DNA of 48,253 nt from Spongospora subterranea f. sp. subterranea (lineage: Eukaryota), in the NCBI GenBank assembly GCA_049724395.1, contig JAUGWO010000006.1, positions 1 to 48,253 of the forward strand, read 5' to 3'. The notes beneath the pieces are model-generated. The model made no database searches and had not been told where the DNA came from. It worked only from the letters and a program-made list of their open reading frames with translations. Made by a program: the position numbers and the translations under genes. Every line of letters starts with the position of its first letter. The first letter of the stretch is position 1. Shown one piece after another: positions 13,230-26,078 of this stretch.

Positions 13230-16199
13230 GTAATGTCCGAACTGGGCAAATGCTCAGTTCAGACAACGTCCAATTATCTAAGCATCACTGGTCCCTTATA
13301 TTGCCAATTTGGCAAAATTGGTTGAAAGTATCATTGAACATCGACTACGCCAGCAATCAGAGAAACACATTCCGAAGAATCAGTCGGGCTGCAGACCAGA
13401 TCACAGCACCTCACACGCGTTGCTTCAGCGATCCCAAGGTCTTCTAAAAGTTCATCCAACTTGGAGAAAAGAGCGTCGGACTGAATTCGTCGGTCAATAT
13501 CAATGCCGTCAGAAACGGATGTGGCTTTCAGGATTTGTTTTAAAGGAGAACTGATGTCTAAGTCGGTCACCTCTTGGAGTGATTTACCGATTTCAAACTT
13601 TGCAAATGCTTTTAGGCAAATAGGATCAATTGTGCTTTTGACGGAAACAGCAGTGATAGATTCGCCATGTGTCTGACGTCGTTCTGCGACAAGTGACTCG
13701 TAAGCGGATCGTTGTCTAAGGAAATTTGCGATTGATTTAGAAGGATCAAAAATTTTGAGTTTGGGGGCTTCTACAGGAAAAAATACAGGCGATCTGCCAG
13801 ATATAGCAAGTTGACTGATAGTAGGAGTTTCAGTACCGCTTGTAGAGCTGTTTGTCTGAGAATCAGCCACTTCAGAATCAGTGGGGCCTCGAGTGTTCAC
13901 CATTGGCCTCAAACGTCAGTAGAAAGCTACCGAGCTGTTGGTTACCAGTAAAAACGTTTTGTACTGACTTTGGAAAGTAAAGTCAGTGGTATAGGTGAAG
14001 ATCTGTAAACAAAAGTTTACACAAGTTCTTAAGAGCTTATAATATGAGTGATTTATTATCAAGGGACATAATGTTGTCGTTACAGGACTGAGAGTACAGA
14101 GGGCTAGTTGTATGGCTGTACTAAGGGCTGGCTGTAGTACAAGTATGAGCAAAATAATGGAATTCCACAAGGGTCCAGTATTAGTGTTCTACTGTGGATA
14201 TTGTATATCTATGATGCACCTTAAATATGAACAATAGCAACGTATATGTTGACGACACTACACAATGGGAACAGGGCACTTCTAAGAAAGAGTGGTCGCT
14301 GATAAATTACGAGACAGCAGCAGCGAACTGTATAACTGGTGCAAGGCCAACAAAATCAAATTACAGTGGATGAAGACATTTCTCCTATTTACGCAGACTC
14401 AGACAAAATAGTAGTTGATGCAAATCACAAAATCCATACTGCGACAACAATGAAATACCTTGGGGCTAACCTATTGGCAAATCCAGCTTGCAACAATCAA
14501 CAATACAGATTGATATGACACAACCGGCAGCCGACATTCGACGACGCTGCAAATTAATGAGATTATTGAGACAATTTCAATTTACCAACGAATTTGTTCC
14601 AACAAATCTGTAAAGGATTCATTGGAGGCAAACTCAACTACTATCTACCGTGGATAGCCGGAGAAATGACGAGCACCACTTTCAGACCAATAGAAATAGC
14701 ATACAATGATTACATGAGAACCTATACAGGATCATTCATATTGACACCAATTACACTATTACACTCTATGTCAGGATCCCCATTATTGAGAGACAAAATT
14801 ATTAGCGCAACCACGATGACGGTTTTAGCCGCGCGCGCCAACGGATCAAAACTGGGACAGGACTACACCAAATGGACAGGATTCGGGGATGGCTGTCTCC
14901 ATTTGGCCAGTCTGGAAGGTTCGAAAGGATAGAGAGAGAGTTCCGCACAAAAGAAACGAACTTCTCCCACGTGATCCGGATGTAGAAATCTGGACTGATG
15001 GCAGTTTTACCAAAGGGGAAAAAGGGGGTGCTGCTACCCTCATGCAATACAAAAGCACCAAAGGTGTAGCGGCAAATTACATTGAGGAGAAGTCGCAAAT
15101 CAAACTGAGTCGCAAAATCACCTCGAGTTACGAAGTTGAGATCATTGCATTACATGCTGGGCTAGAACTGGCCATCGATCAGAGCTTTAAAAACAGAACG
15201 ATCCACATAATGACAGACTCGTTATCTTGGGTAAGTCAATTTCAATCACTATCTATCAAACCTCGAAGAGTATATGCAGTTGTGGCAGACTTTGCTCGAC
15301 TGCTAGCGAAACTAGCCCGTCGTAATCAGATACACATTCACTACGTTCCAAGTCATGTCCATTACACAAGTGGCACATCTGACAATGACAACTCGAAAGC
15401 TATAGGACGAAGCAATGAAATTGATCAACTACAGTAGCAAAAAATGCGGCGAATATTGGGACCAAAATAGAGCATGCACCATTTTTGTCATCCTTTAAAC
15501 TACAACTTAAGAAATACGAACGAAGTCAATTAAAACAGTTTCTGAAGGCGAACGTCAAACGCAGCCACTTCCAAAACTACCCGGATAGAGACCTGTTTCG
15601 CGCAACTACCAGGTGCATCCATATCACACATAATTAACAGAGCGCGAACTGGACATAGCAGATGCCGACAGCACCTCAGCAACATTGGAATGGAAGACAC
15701 GAACAAGTGCAGACACTGCGACAAACATCCCGAAACAATCGAACATCAGGTGTTACAATGCGAAGTATTCAAAAGCCGACCCAAGAAATGCAGACGACTT
15801 TACAAGACACTATACCGGCAACTACTTTCACCACAGCAATCTGGAGCCATGAGAAGGCCATGACGAAAATTTTGCAAAAAGCTGAAAAAGCAGGCAGCTT
15901 TATCTAGATATGTCTGATCTTTACTGGGTCTGGCCACATGGCCATAATGAATGTGGAAGAGTGAGCTGCTTGCAGTAAACTCGAAACTCTGGATAGGCAA
16001 TGTAATCGGGTGGGGGCAGGTCCCATTCAGTATGGTCGTAGGACAGATTATGTTGCTGAATCCAGCTGGTCTAATAGGTTCCTTCATTGGCTACCCAAGC
16101 TACTTGTAGCGGCCAGGCGGAAGTAGGGAAAACCTGGTAGTACACAGGATTACCCGACCCATTAGTACCCCCGAACCTTTGTATACCATACCATACCAT
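13230..16199 (+). mobile_element. 5'-truncated, degenerate non-LTR retrotransposon (LINE) with RT remnants, RNase H, CCHC finger, ~290-bp 3' UTR and (TACCA)n tail; interrupted by a gypsy fragment
   Basis: KLVESII..NQSGCRPDHST (RT N-terminus); IWTDGS..EIIAL..TDSLS..VPSH (RNase H, 14889..15437); RARTGH..CRHC..ETIEH..C; ends gtataccataccataccat. Confidence 0.9.
13436..14262 (-). mobile_element. Gypsy 5' fragment: LTR (~13948..14262), PBS and gag N-terminus
   Basis: TGTAGTG start; TGGTAACCAACAGC PBS-like at 13934..13947; gag EAPKLKIFD..IANFL resembles KAPRLEGFDREEILNF of the ORF at 41397. Confidence 0.65.
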
Positions 16200-16516
16200 T
16201 ATATTGCCAATATCAACCTTCTCCTCTCTCGAACGTGACACGAAGGCTATGTGTATTGGCAACTAATAATATACGATCTGATTCCCTTTTGGTAACTTGT
16301 CTTCAGGGAATCAGGTCGTCTGATGTGGGTCACTGTAAAGATATTTCCTAGAGTGGAGTCCTGACGTGTAGGGCCCTGACAGTGGAGGCAAACCCCGTTT
16401 GGTATGTCGTTAAAACCGATCATGTTCTGGTCTAATAGGTCCCCAAGCTACTGGAAAATCTGGTGGAGTATTACACAGGTTTACCCGAACCAGAAGTGAA
16501 TCCGTAAAGATTTGCA

Positions 16517-17224
16517 CAGTCGCGATCACCTTTTCCGTGACTGTGCGCTGCCTTGACACTATCTACAGTTGTTGGTGAGGAACCAATATCGCCCAAACTA
16601 CACATTTTCGATTAGCTCGTGGCAAGATGAAGAACATGTTTCAATTTTTTGATTTGGGGCAAGATTTTGACAGAGTAGATACTTTTTATTGATACAGTTG
16701 CAGCGATAAAAATTGGACATCACAGTCAAAATATTATTTACATTAGTACACTCCGATGCATCTTCTGGCAACTGACGCACTAAAAGCAATGCCGTCAGCC
16801 ATGAAAACGAGATTCAGTTGCCTCGCGCCTTTGGTTAAAAGAGACTGAATCAGGCGGAGAAAGGTTTTAATTATCTTCTATCCGAAGTTTCATCCCGAGT
16901 TCAATTGGATTGCAATGTTTTGGAGCGCAACTAAGCGATACACGCGCAAACACGGCACCCATTCCTTTAAGGACTTGGAAAAGATCGTTCCGATTGCTTT
17001 AAAGTGGCGTCGATTGCAACGATGAGATGATTTCTTCGGAAGTCCTTTCCGTTATATGGATAGAAAAACGGTGTTTTCAACAATAGGCGATCGCATAGAG
17101 CAGTCCCTAGCTCTGTAAATAACGACTTCTGATACTATATACACTTATACACTTGTGTACATTAATTTTCGGGAAAATAATTGGACTAGGGTTTGAAATT
17201 GTCGGTTTGAGGTGATCGCGACTG
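16517..17224 (+). mobile_element. Internally deleted relative of the 29719..38256 Tc1-like element
   Basis: TIRs cagtcgcgatcacc / ggtgatcgcgactg-TA; retains [23 protein letters not shown]; last ~90 bp nearly identical to 38175..38256; sits in a decayed LINE/SINE tail. Confidence 0.9.
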
Positions 17225-17407
17225 TATACCATAGGATACCAACTTGAAATGAAACAAATTACTCAAACTGAATTCTTTGCACTGGATGCTTTGAGTAAAG
17301 CAAATTCCTTCGCACACAAGTGCCGTTTTTCTTATGTAACTTATATTTATATTACAACTTTGCAATTTGAGAGCATGGCACTTCTGGCCATTTTCAATCC
17401 AATGCAG

Positions 17408-20400
17408 CTAGTTCTGTCCGTTCCTGAATTCTTTCGCCGCATCTGAAGCGTGACGGAATTTACATGAAGAGCCAGAGTTGCACCCTTTCGGGTTGACGAA
17501 ATATCGGCAAATGGGCCTACGAGACAGTTTGGCAGCCGCCAATAAGCTATTTTTTTGTGTCGAAACGGGATACGTCTGTTCTCGTAATCGCTTTTGTTTA
17601 CAACGAGCCACCGCGGACGTTCCTTGACGTTCACTCAGAACGAAAAGAGCGGGACTGTCCGTTTGTACAAATTTCTTTTGTAAAGCAGGGTCCGTGATGT
17701 CCGCTAGCAAGACATCGTCGCCACGAGCAACCGCAGGTATTTCCGTTGAACTTTTTGTATGTGGGACAATAACTTTGGGGATCGAAATGGGAAATGTATG
17801 TCGACCCTGACATCGATCCGATACTGAGGCACCATTGCCACCCTGTAGATTGTTGGAAACACTGATTTCTTTTTCTTCCATGGACTCTGAGCTTCCAGGC
17901 AATGAGCGTAGCTCAAATTCACGAACACTCTGATCTCCAATGCGCGACATGACATGATCTGGTGTTGATGTTGCTATTTTGATGCTTGCCGTATTGTATG
18001 ATGCATTCATACAGTCCGATTCAGTAATATTTTTTCCAATACGGATTTGTCTCGCTTCGGAATTCGAGCACGAAACTTGTTTTAAATTCGCGACAGGTTT
18101 AAAAATACCAGAACTCGCCATAGGACCAGTAGCCTGTCCTTTCGTAAGCGATGATATAGCGCTTGGCTTAATGCTGCTTGAGTCCGGAAAATCACAACTG
18201 CATGACGATTCATTGAATAAGCGAAACAGGTATCGCAATGCAGATTACCGAGCCATCAAATCTTTATAATACTGCCAGCTTTTCAGAATTCTATCCACTA
18301 AATTAAGTGAAACAGCATCCAACGTCACCCACTCACGTAAAACTCGAGCAATCCTTCGGAAATACTGAAATTTTGTACAAGGGAATATACTCATCAACCG
18401 CAACGAAGAGCGAAGAAGCGCAACATCTGCAATGCATATTGTTTCCATGAAAAAAAGGATCAATCAAAATACAGCTGGTTACCTTCAGCGGACCCTCTTG
18501 AATATGAGTCAATGAGCCACTTCTCGAAAACGCATAAAAATCTTTTCGTGGGAGAAAACAACTGGTTCAGTTCTAATTCTGAAAACCGGTTGAGAATGTT
18601 CTCTAAGAATGCCTGCTTTTCATTTTGGTCTATGTGCTCAATGATATGACAAACACCTTCGGCTGTAACCGGAAATATATGTAGGTTACGATCGGAAACA
18701 TCGTGATCACCTGCCGGTTGCATTGCATTGCTACCAAAATCACGATTTTGATGAAGAACGGGAAGCGTTACTGTTGGTTCCGGAACATTCTGTTCTTGCT
18801 GACAAGTTTCATCTGCCGGTTGAATTGCTGCGCTACCAGAATCACGATTTTGATGAAGAAGGGGAGGCGTCAATGTTCGTTCCGGTACATCCTGTCCTTG
18901 CTGACAAGCTTCAAATGGCGGTTGATTCAAGTTGCTGACAGAATCACGATTTTGATGAAGAAGGGGATGTGTCAATGTTGGTTCCGGTGCATCCTGTTCT
19001 TGCTGACAAGTTTCACCTGCTGGTTGCATTGTTTTGCTGCCAGAATCACAATTCTGATGAAGAACGGGAAGCGTTAGTCTTGGCTCCGGAGCATCTTGTT
19101 CTTGCAGACAGCCATCAAATGCCGGTTGCTTTAATTGGCTGCCAGAATCACGATTTTGATGAAGAACGGGAAGCGTTAATGTTGGTTCCGGGACATCCAG
19201 TCCTCGCAGAAAAGCTTCAGAAGTTTCTGTCTCCTCAACCAAAACGTCGCCCAAATTGACATTTTCTGTAAGAAGACTGTTCATCTCTGACGATTCGAAA
19301 GGTAGACCAATACTGTCTACTAAAACGTCACGATTGGGGGCCGATTGATCAGCAACGCAACCTGAACCGGAAGAAAAACGATCGTGCTTGACTCCAACTG
19401 CGATTGATTCATTAGAGGGGTCAAAACTCTTACAGTTTGACATGGGAGAAGAGGAGAACTTATCCGGGGAGAATTGGGAGTGGTAGTTTTCGTCATTGGG
19501 AACCTTGTTGTTGGCCAGACTCGTAACTGCAATATTGGCAATGTGTTGATGGGTGAAAGCAACGGTATCAGATGACGCATGACGATCAACTTCTAGGGTC
19601 GGCGGGAGTCGATCATTTTGGAGCCGAGCAATGGCTGCAAAAACCAAATTTGAAACAGCAGTATCTTCCACTTCCACCAATGGTATGACGTGAGAAGTTG
19701 CAGAAGATGGAGCCGTTTTGTCGTCACCATCAACTAATGAAAACCGGTCGGGAACTTCAAGTTCACAGATGGAGTCTCCATTATCGATCAAAGAGTCCCA
19801 TTCGAACTAGCCTCCGGCACAATCGTGGAGATAGAGGGGATTCGCTAAGCTGATGACGCTCAAGATCTAAGGGCGAACTCGCTTCGGTAGGAAGTTGCAG
19901 CTCAGATGAAGGTTCTCCGAAATCATTGACTTCAGAGCCCATTCGGACTAGTCTTCGAGAGGAAAGCGGTTTAGGGGATTGGACAGTGTGAGAAGAATCG
20001 GGGATTGAAGGCACGTCTGTTTCCGTCTTCATATGTTTGCATCTTTTTTTCAAACGACGACTTAATGGAATAGCGTCTTCGCAATTACTGTCGTTTTCGG
20101 CATCATGAGTAACAAAATCGTTTTTGATGTGTGATAGGTTCCGCTTTCTCCGATGTTTCTTATGTTGACGCTTTTCATAATAAACCTCCGCTTGTTTCCT
20201 TTTCAATGCAATCTGTTCTAAGCATTCAGCAGATGGCTTTTCAGGATACGAACTTGTAAAAGCCTCAATATAATCGCCACAGCTGCCTTCAAAATTTGAC
20301 TCAAATATCCAGCTATTCTCGGAATCAGGGTATCCGAGCCCTACCAAATATTTAATGCAATCACATGTCAATCCAAGATGCTGATCATATCCATACACTT

Positions 20401-20490
20401 TACTTTAAACATCCATTTGCCTCGATATTTTTTACAATCTAGGATTGTATCAACTTCATACAGATCTTGCAAAGGATCATCCTGAGGCAT
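17408..20490 (-). CDS. Chromodomain + 34-aa repeats + CCCH zinc-finger protein (about 970 aa); exons 20397-20490, 18483-20340, 18249-18426, 17408-18197; one apparent +1 frameshift near 19796
   Basis: Three GT..AG introns (56, 56 and 51 bp) join the ORFs in frame; spliced N-terminus LYEVDTILDCKKYRGKWMFKVKWLGYPDSENSW; C-terminal CRYFVNPKGCNSGSSCKFRH (C-x8-C-x5-C-x3-H). Confidence 0.82.
18712..19200 (-). repeat. 102-bp coding tandem repeat, about 5 copies (QQEQDAPEPTLTLPVLHQNRDSGS...)
   Basis: tcacgattttgatgaagaa-like motif at 18740, 18842, 18944, 19046 and 19148. Confidence 0.95.
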
Positions 20491-20715
20491 CACAACAGGA
20501 AAGTACTAGTTAAGCACAGGAAAGCACTAGGACAGCGCTATATAATGGAGAAGAGAAGACGATCCTCTATGTCCGGCGAAACCTGGCCGGTGGTCGGGAC
20601 AACCGACAATCTCGCGGCGACCGGAGTGCGTATACCACCGATCCGGATAAAACTTACCAATTGTCCATATAATTGCGCAACCGATTCAATATGGTTTACA
20701 GTACGTTTTACAATT

Positions 20716-20890
20716 CCGCCTGGGCGCGCCAAGTAGCTTGAGTGTTTACTGAAGGAACCTATAAGACCAGCTGGACTCAGCAACAACACGACGTGTCTGG
20801 AGGCCCCCCTCCAATTACGTTGCCTTGTCGAGCTTCCGACACTGAGCTCACTCGCCCCAAACTTCATTGAAGGCCACGTGGTGAGACCCA
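20716..20890 (-). repeat. Old diverged copy of the LINE/SINE 3' tail
   Basis: caagtagcttg..gaaggaacctat.agaccagctgga.tcagcaac..ggccacgtggt. Confidence 0.8.
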
Positions 20891-20899
20891 TCTGAGTTT

Positions 20900-22680
20900 A
20901 TCTGTGGGCCGTTGTGTGACCTGGCTCACCACAGTGTATGCAAATCCATCTCGAAGACGATGCTCGTCTTATCGTTTCTTCAATTGTGACAGTGGGAAGG
21001 AGGAGCTGATGGTGTTGGTCGTCATGTCTTCAAGGGTTCTACAGAATTAATCTCATCGATCACCATCGAACCGGTCGTTTGTGGAGGTAAATATGATATT
21101 TTCAGATTTCGTGTGAGATTTGATGCTGATGGGTTTGGCCAGACTACGTCGTGCTGGATTGCCCCAGGTAATTTTGTTGTTTTTCGCACAGCCACCGTTG
21201 ACGTAAACGCTGATCGTGGCGCAGCGCATCGGCGATCAACTTTTGCGGCTAAGGTGCTTAGTAGTTGAAATAAAGTCGTTATCAAACCCCGGAATGCCGC
21301 GAGCTCATCCCAACCCGCGAGTGCAGTTGTTGAACATGAGATGCATTGACAACAACCACCCACCGTCGCTGTCGTATAGTTCACACAGTATCATATCCTC
21401 TGCGGATTTTGCACGGTAGTGTGGTTTTCGAACCGCTTGCGATTCAGTTAACGGAATAATGGAATGTTTAAGAATGCCAACAACAATGTCGGGTCCTTCA
21501 CCTTTGTGTTTTGACATTTAAGTTGAACTATTCTATGGCCAGCCCTGTTTGATACTTAACAAGGTGTTTGATTATTGTGAAATAACAAGTATATTTGAAT
21601 TATGAGCCTTCTGGTCAATGGCAGACTGCCGTTAGGTGGAGGTCCAAGATGCGATGTTATCAAGAAGGTCGGATGTAACCTTAATGGTAATACATCAGAC
21701 GTTGCGTCAAGCCTCCAGCAGCGAAGACTGTAGTTTTTGAGGCGCTGGGCACACGATTGTGGCCCGGGATTCGCATAGAGTAGACAGTGTACAATAAACA
21801 TTGTTCTTATTTTCTCGCTTTCAATAGCTATTCACGCCCATTGAGGCTACAGAATCTTCTGTAGCCATGGGTGGAGCTTTGTTTTGACATTTCCTGTTTG
21901 GAATAGGAAGATATGGCCCGGGATTCGGCCAAGGGCCGTAGTGTAGTTGTAGTGTACATACAATAGACTTCTCAGAGAAATTTGATCGCCACTGTAGATT
22001 CTGGATAGTCGCGAACTATGCTTTTGTACGAATCGTTTCAAGACATACTCAACGACTTTCGTAATCACAAATCCAGAGCAATTGACAAATTGTGAGTGAT
22101 AAAGGGGATGTAGTCAGGTTTCAGACGCAGAGAACAGGACAGGTTCGATATTGGAACATGCAACAGGGGACGAATGCGATGATATATCACCATGTTGTCC
22201 AAACGGCAGATCGTAAGGCTTGTTATCATCATACGGGAGACCGAACATAGGCATGAGCGTTTCGAGAGGTGATAGAATATGGTGGTTCAAGATCTCGACA
22301 GTTCCACGAAACCATTGAATATAGGCGGATGTGAAATGTTTCATAACTGTCAGAGATAGATGGCTGAATGAGTGAATGTGCTACTGTAGGGCCGATATGC
22401 AAACTAGTCGTAAGAACACCGGTAGGCATGTATAGAGGGACAGTAACTAGCTCTGGTGCCAATGGAACTAGGATTCAGTAAAATTGTTTTTTCTATTTTT
22501 TAACAGCTTTTTCGACATGGGCCAATTCTCATTCCGCCATCGATCCTCTGACAGTATCCTTAATTTCACAAACACCCTGACTACCCTGTTCCTTATCGTG
22601 TTCCGGTACGGTCCCATTGTGCGGTTCGCACTTCAATATCCGAGCATTGTATTCTTACCAAAAATGATGCCGCCATAGCA
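20900..22680 (-). pseudogene. Heavily decayed gypsy-like pol remnants
   Basis: Scattered motifs such as AYIQWFRGTVEILN (integrase-like) and EDMILCELYDSDGG (RNase H-like); no long ORF. Confidence 0.4.
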
Positions 22681-23272
22681 GAACCAGCTCGAATGCCTTG
22701 GTGACAGAATGGTTTTTGTTTTAGTTCAAACACTAATCAGTTCCTGTTCGACGACTTTGTCGAGTGACGGAGGTTGAGCCTATCGAAAAAAGCCCAATTT
22801 TTGCGTTTGGGATTTGTTTTGCCATTGGAGCCATAGACGCTGGTGTCCATGTCGACGATTGCGCTGATCAAGCCTGGTGAAGTAGCTCAGGGCGCGATCT
22901 TCGGCGCAAGTAATCACAAGATAAGACTCCTTTTAATGTCTCGTTGGAGATGATATTGCGCGCGAGCGTACTCGCTGGAAATCGCCGATATAATGATCGT
23001 CCGTAATCGGTCCAACTGCTGTTTAAGGATGTATGATGTTAATTTTTCCAGATTTTGCCTATGGATGCAACTCTTGACATATTCTGCCCTGGATGTTCTC
23101 CAGATGGGCGTTCCAAAACCTATAATTCATGAGAGCGACTTGCTCGCTCGAAAGGTTCCGAAGTGATGTATTTCTAACCCTTGTCATCGGCATACTGTTT
23201 TGTAACGGGAACTTTCCGATCATGTTCCGGCTGATGTGTTGCGTCGCCAAGCCGCTCGTAATGGTCGGGATG

Positions 23273-23666
23273 GTATGGTATGGTATACAAAGCTTTGCGG
23301 GTTCTTATGGGCTGAGCAATCCTGTGAACTACCAGGTTTTCCTACTTCCGCCTGGCCGCTACAAGTAGCTTGGGTATCTACTGAAGCAACCTGTTAGACC
23401 AGCTGGATTCAGCAACGTAATCTGTCCTAACGACCACACCGAATGGGACCTGCCCCCACCTGATTACATTGCCTATCCAGAGTTTCCGAATTTACTGCAA
23501 GCAGCTCGCTCTCCCACATTCTTTAGAGGCCTCATGGTCAAACCTTCGTGCTCAACATTCACTCTACTTTTCCGTTTTGGATGCAAACCTTGGGGGGTCT
23601 CCCAGAATTCCATCACTTACGGGGTTTCGAACTCGTGCCTAACTGCCGCCAACAGGGACAGAAGCT
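23273..23666 (-). mobile_element. SINE type A copy (tRNA-like head + LINE 3' tail)
   Basis: 14-bp TSD taatggtcgggatg (23259..23272) / taatggtggggatg (23667..23680); box-B-like GAGTTCGAAACCC. Confidence 0.9.
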
Positions 23667-24504
23667 TAATGGTGGGGATGTGTTACGTCACGAGGCAACG
23701 CAACCGAATTGGGCAAGACGTGATTGTCAGCGACTTTTGGGTTCATTCCTTCAAGACAATATTCACTTATAAAGCCACTCTGTTTTGACGCTGCAATCGC
23801 TGAGGCCAACGACTCAAAATCCGTTACATTACAGAATGGCTAGTGGTCGTGAGAACTCTCGCCGCCGACAGAACCGGTCTCAAGAACGGGCAGGTCAACA
23901 CGGAATCAGGATGACCATCTGTCAGTTAATCAAGAGTTCGAGTTTGAAGGGCTTATGATGTGTCGCCGAGAGCCGACGACGTGCGAGATGGCGTCGTTCG
24001 AGAGGCCGCCATGAGGGGCGATGAGCAGGCAAGTGGCCGTGCTGACGAGGAAGATGATGCCAACGACGGCCCAGATGGTGTCGGGCGGAGAGCCGCCCAA
24101 GAAGGCAAAGGTCCGACCTCAGGCCCGGCGGGGATAATGCACCGCAGCTCCTGGCGATAATGCGACAAGTTATTGAAATTTCAAAAAAACAACACGAAAA
24201 GAGATCGAGGAATGGCACGTGAATTCGGGCGACAACGATCTGAAAAGGCATTTCCCGACGGCCCGACCGCACTGGAAGGGCAACGCTGTTCCGTCGCCAA
24301 TCCGGAAATCGGTGCGTAACATCTGCGACGTATCGGGTTTCTCTCTTGGAAGCGCAGCTCGGGCGAAACCGCACGCGATTGAAATGCCATATCGCCTCTC
24401 TGGTGGCAAAGATGAGATGACGGATTACGATCAGTGCATGGATCGGCGCCTCGTTCAGATCCGGCAAGTCACACAGATGCTCGAGCATGTCCAACCAGGA
24501 ATAT

Positions 24505-25152
24505 TGGTATGGTATGGTATACAAAGGTTCGCGGGTTCTTATGGGTTGAGTAAGGCCTGGGTACTCCCAGGCTTTCCCTACTTCTGCCTGGCCGCTACAA
24601 GTAGCTTGGGTATCCACTGAAGGAACCTATTAGACCAGCTGGATTCAGCAACATAACCTGCTGTCCTAACGACCACACCGAATGGGACCTGCCCCCACCG
24701 GATTACATTGCCTATCCAGAGTTTTTGAGTTTACTGCAGGCAACTGGCTCTCCCACATTCATTAGAGGCCATGTGGTCAGACCTTCGTGCTCAACATTAC
24801 CCTACTTTTCCTTCCCTACTTCTGCCTGGCCGCTACAAGTAGCTTGGGTATCCACTGAAGGAACCTATTAGACCAGCAGGATTTAGCAACATAACCTGCT
24901 GTCCTAACGACCACACCGAATAGGACCTGCCCCCACCGGATTACATTGCCTATCCAGAGTTTTTGAGTTTACTGCAGGCAACTGGCTCTCCCACATTCAT
25001 TAGAGGCCATGTGGTCAGACCTTCGTGCTCAACATTACTCTACTTTTCCCGTATTGAATACAACCTTGGAGTGTCACTCACGGGATTTCGAACTCATGCC
25101 TTACACGCACCCGAACATGCCTGTCACCAACCGGGACAGACAGGAACCAAGC
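24505..25152 (-). mobile_element. SINE type A copy with an internal 238-bp tandem duplication
   Basis: Same head and tail as 46861..47286; the block starting ttccctacttctgcc occurs at 24574 and 24812. Confidence 0.9.
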
Positions 25153-25510
25153 TATACAACCAGAATTCGGCATCCATGCACTGATTGTGGTCCGTCTTCT
25201 CATCTTTGCCAGAGAGGCGATATGGCATTTTGACGGATTTCGAGACGCCAGCCTCAGAGATTGAAGCGTTAAAGCAGAATTGCTTTATAAGCGAATATTG
25301 TCTCAAAGAAATGAACCCGAAAGTCTCAGCCAATCTCGTCTTGCCAATCCGGTTGCGTCACTCCTCAAGACGTTACACATCGCGACCAATACGAGCGGCT
25401 TGGTGACGCAACACATCATCCGGAACATGATCGGACAGTTCCCGTTACAGTTTGAGACGGCATACATGAGCGTCCGAAATTTGCAAAGTAATAAAACATT
25501 TCATTTGATT

Positions 25511-25790
25511 ATGGTATGGTATGGTATGGTATACAAAGGTTCGCGGGTTCTTATGGGTCGGGTAATCCTGTGTACTACCAGGTTTTCCCTACTTCCGCCT
25601 GGCCGCTACAAATAGCTTGGGTATCCAATGAAGGGAACCTATTAGACCAGCTGGATTCAGCAACATAACCGGTCCTGCGACCATACCGAATGGGACCTGC
25701 CCCCACCCGATTACATTGACTATCCAGAGTTTCGAGTTTACTGCCAGCTGCTCACTCTTCAACATTCATTATGGCCATGTGGTCAGACCC
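25511..25790 (-). mobile_element. 5'-truncated LINE copy (3' UTR only)
   Basis: (TGGTA)n end; 5' end reads ggtcagaccc as in the LINE rather than the SINE. Confidence 0.85.
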
Positions 25791-26078
25791 ATTCATTTAA
25801 TAAACGTGTTCCATTACCGGTTCAATTCGCTGTTGTTTTCTTTCTTTGCATTCTCATAGCAAAGTATGGTTAATTTATTTTCTCACGAGCTGCGGTGCAG
25901 AGACAACCAGTTGTTTAATTAAAGAGAAACCGAGTTTGTGCTTTCTCGGTGTTGTTCGATAGCCGTCGCACACGCTGAGGCGAATCCTGAATCACATGAA
26001 ATCACGTGTTTCCACAAATCTCCTTACGAAGAAACAAAGATTTGCGGATTCTTAAGTGGGGTCTGTATTGTACTATTG

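Noticed and set aside
15910..16199. Hammerhead or HDV ribozyme, or telomeric repeat, in the LINE tail
   Set aside because: No CUGANGA/GAAA core or HDV fold recognised by eye; (TACCA)n is only 2-4 copies at element 3' ends
16270..16420. Possible additional SINE or structured RNA (10-bp stem ctgattccct/agggaatcag)
   Set aside because: Single copy in the window, no TSD or Pol III boxes identified
23922..24620. 231-aa and 133-aa ORFs
   Set aside because: They run across SINE, insert and inverted-repeat boundaries and have no recognisable domain
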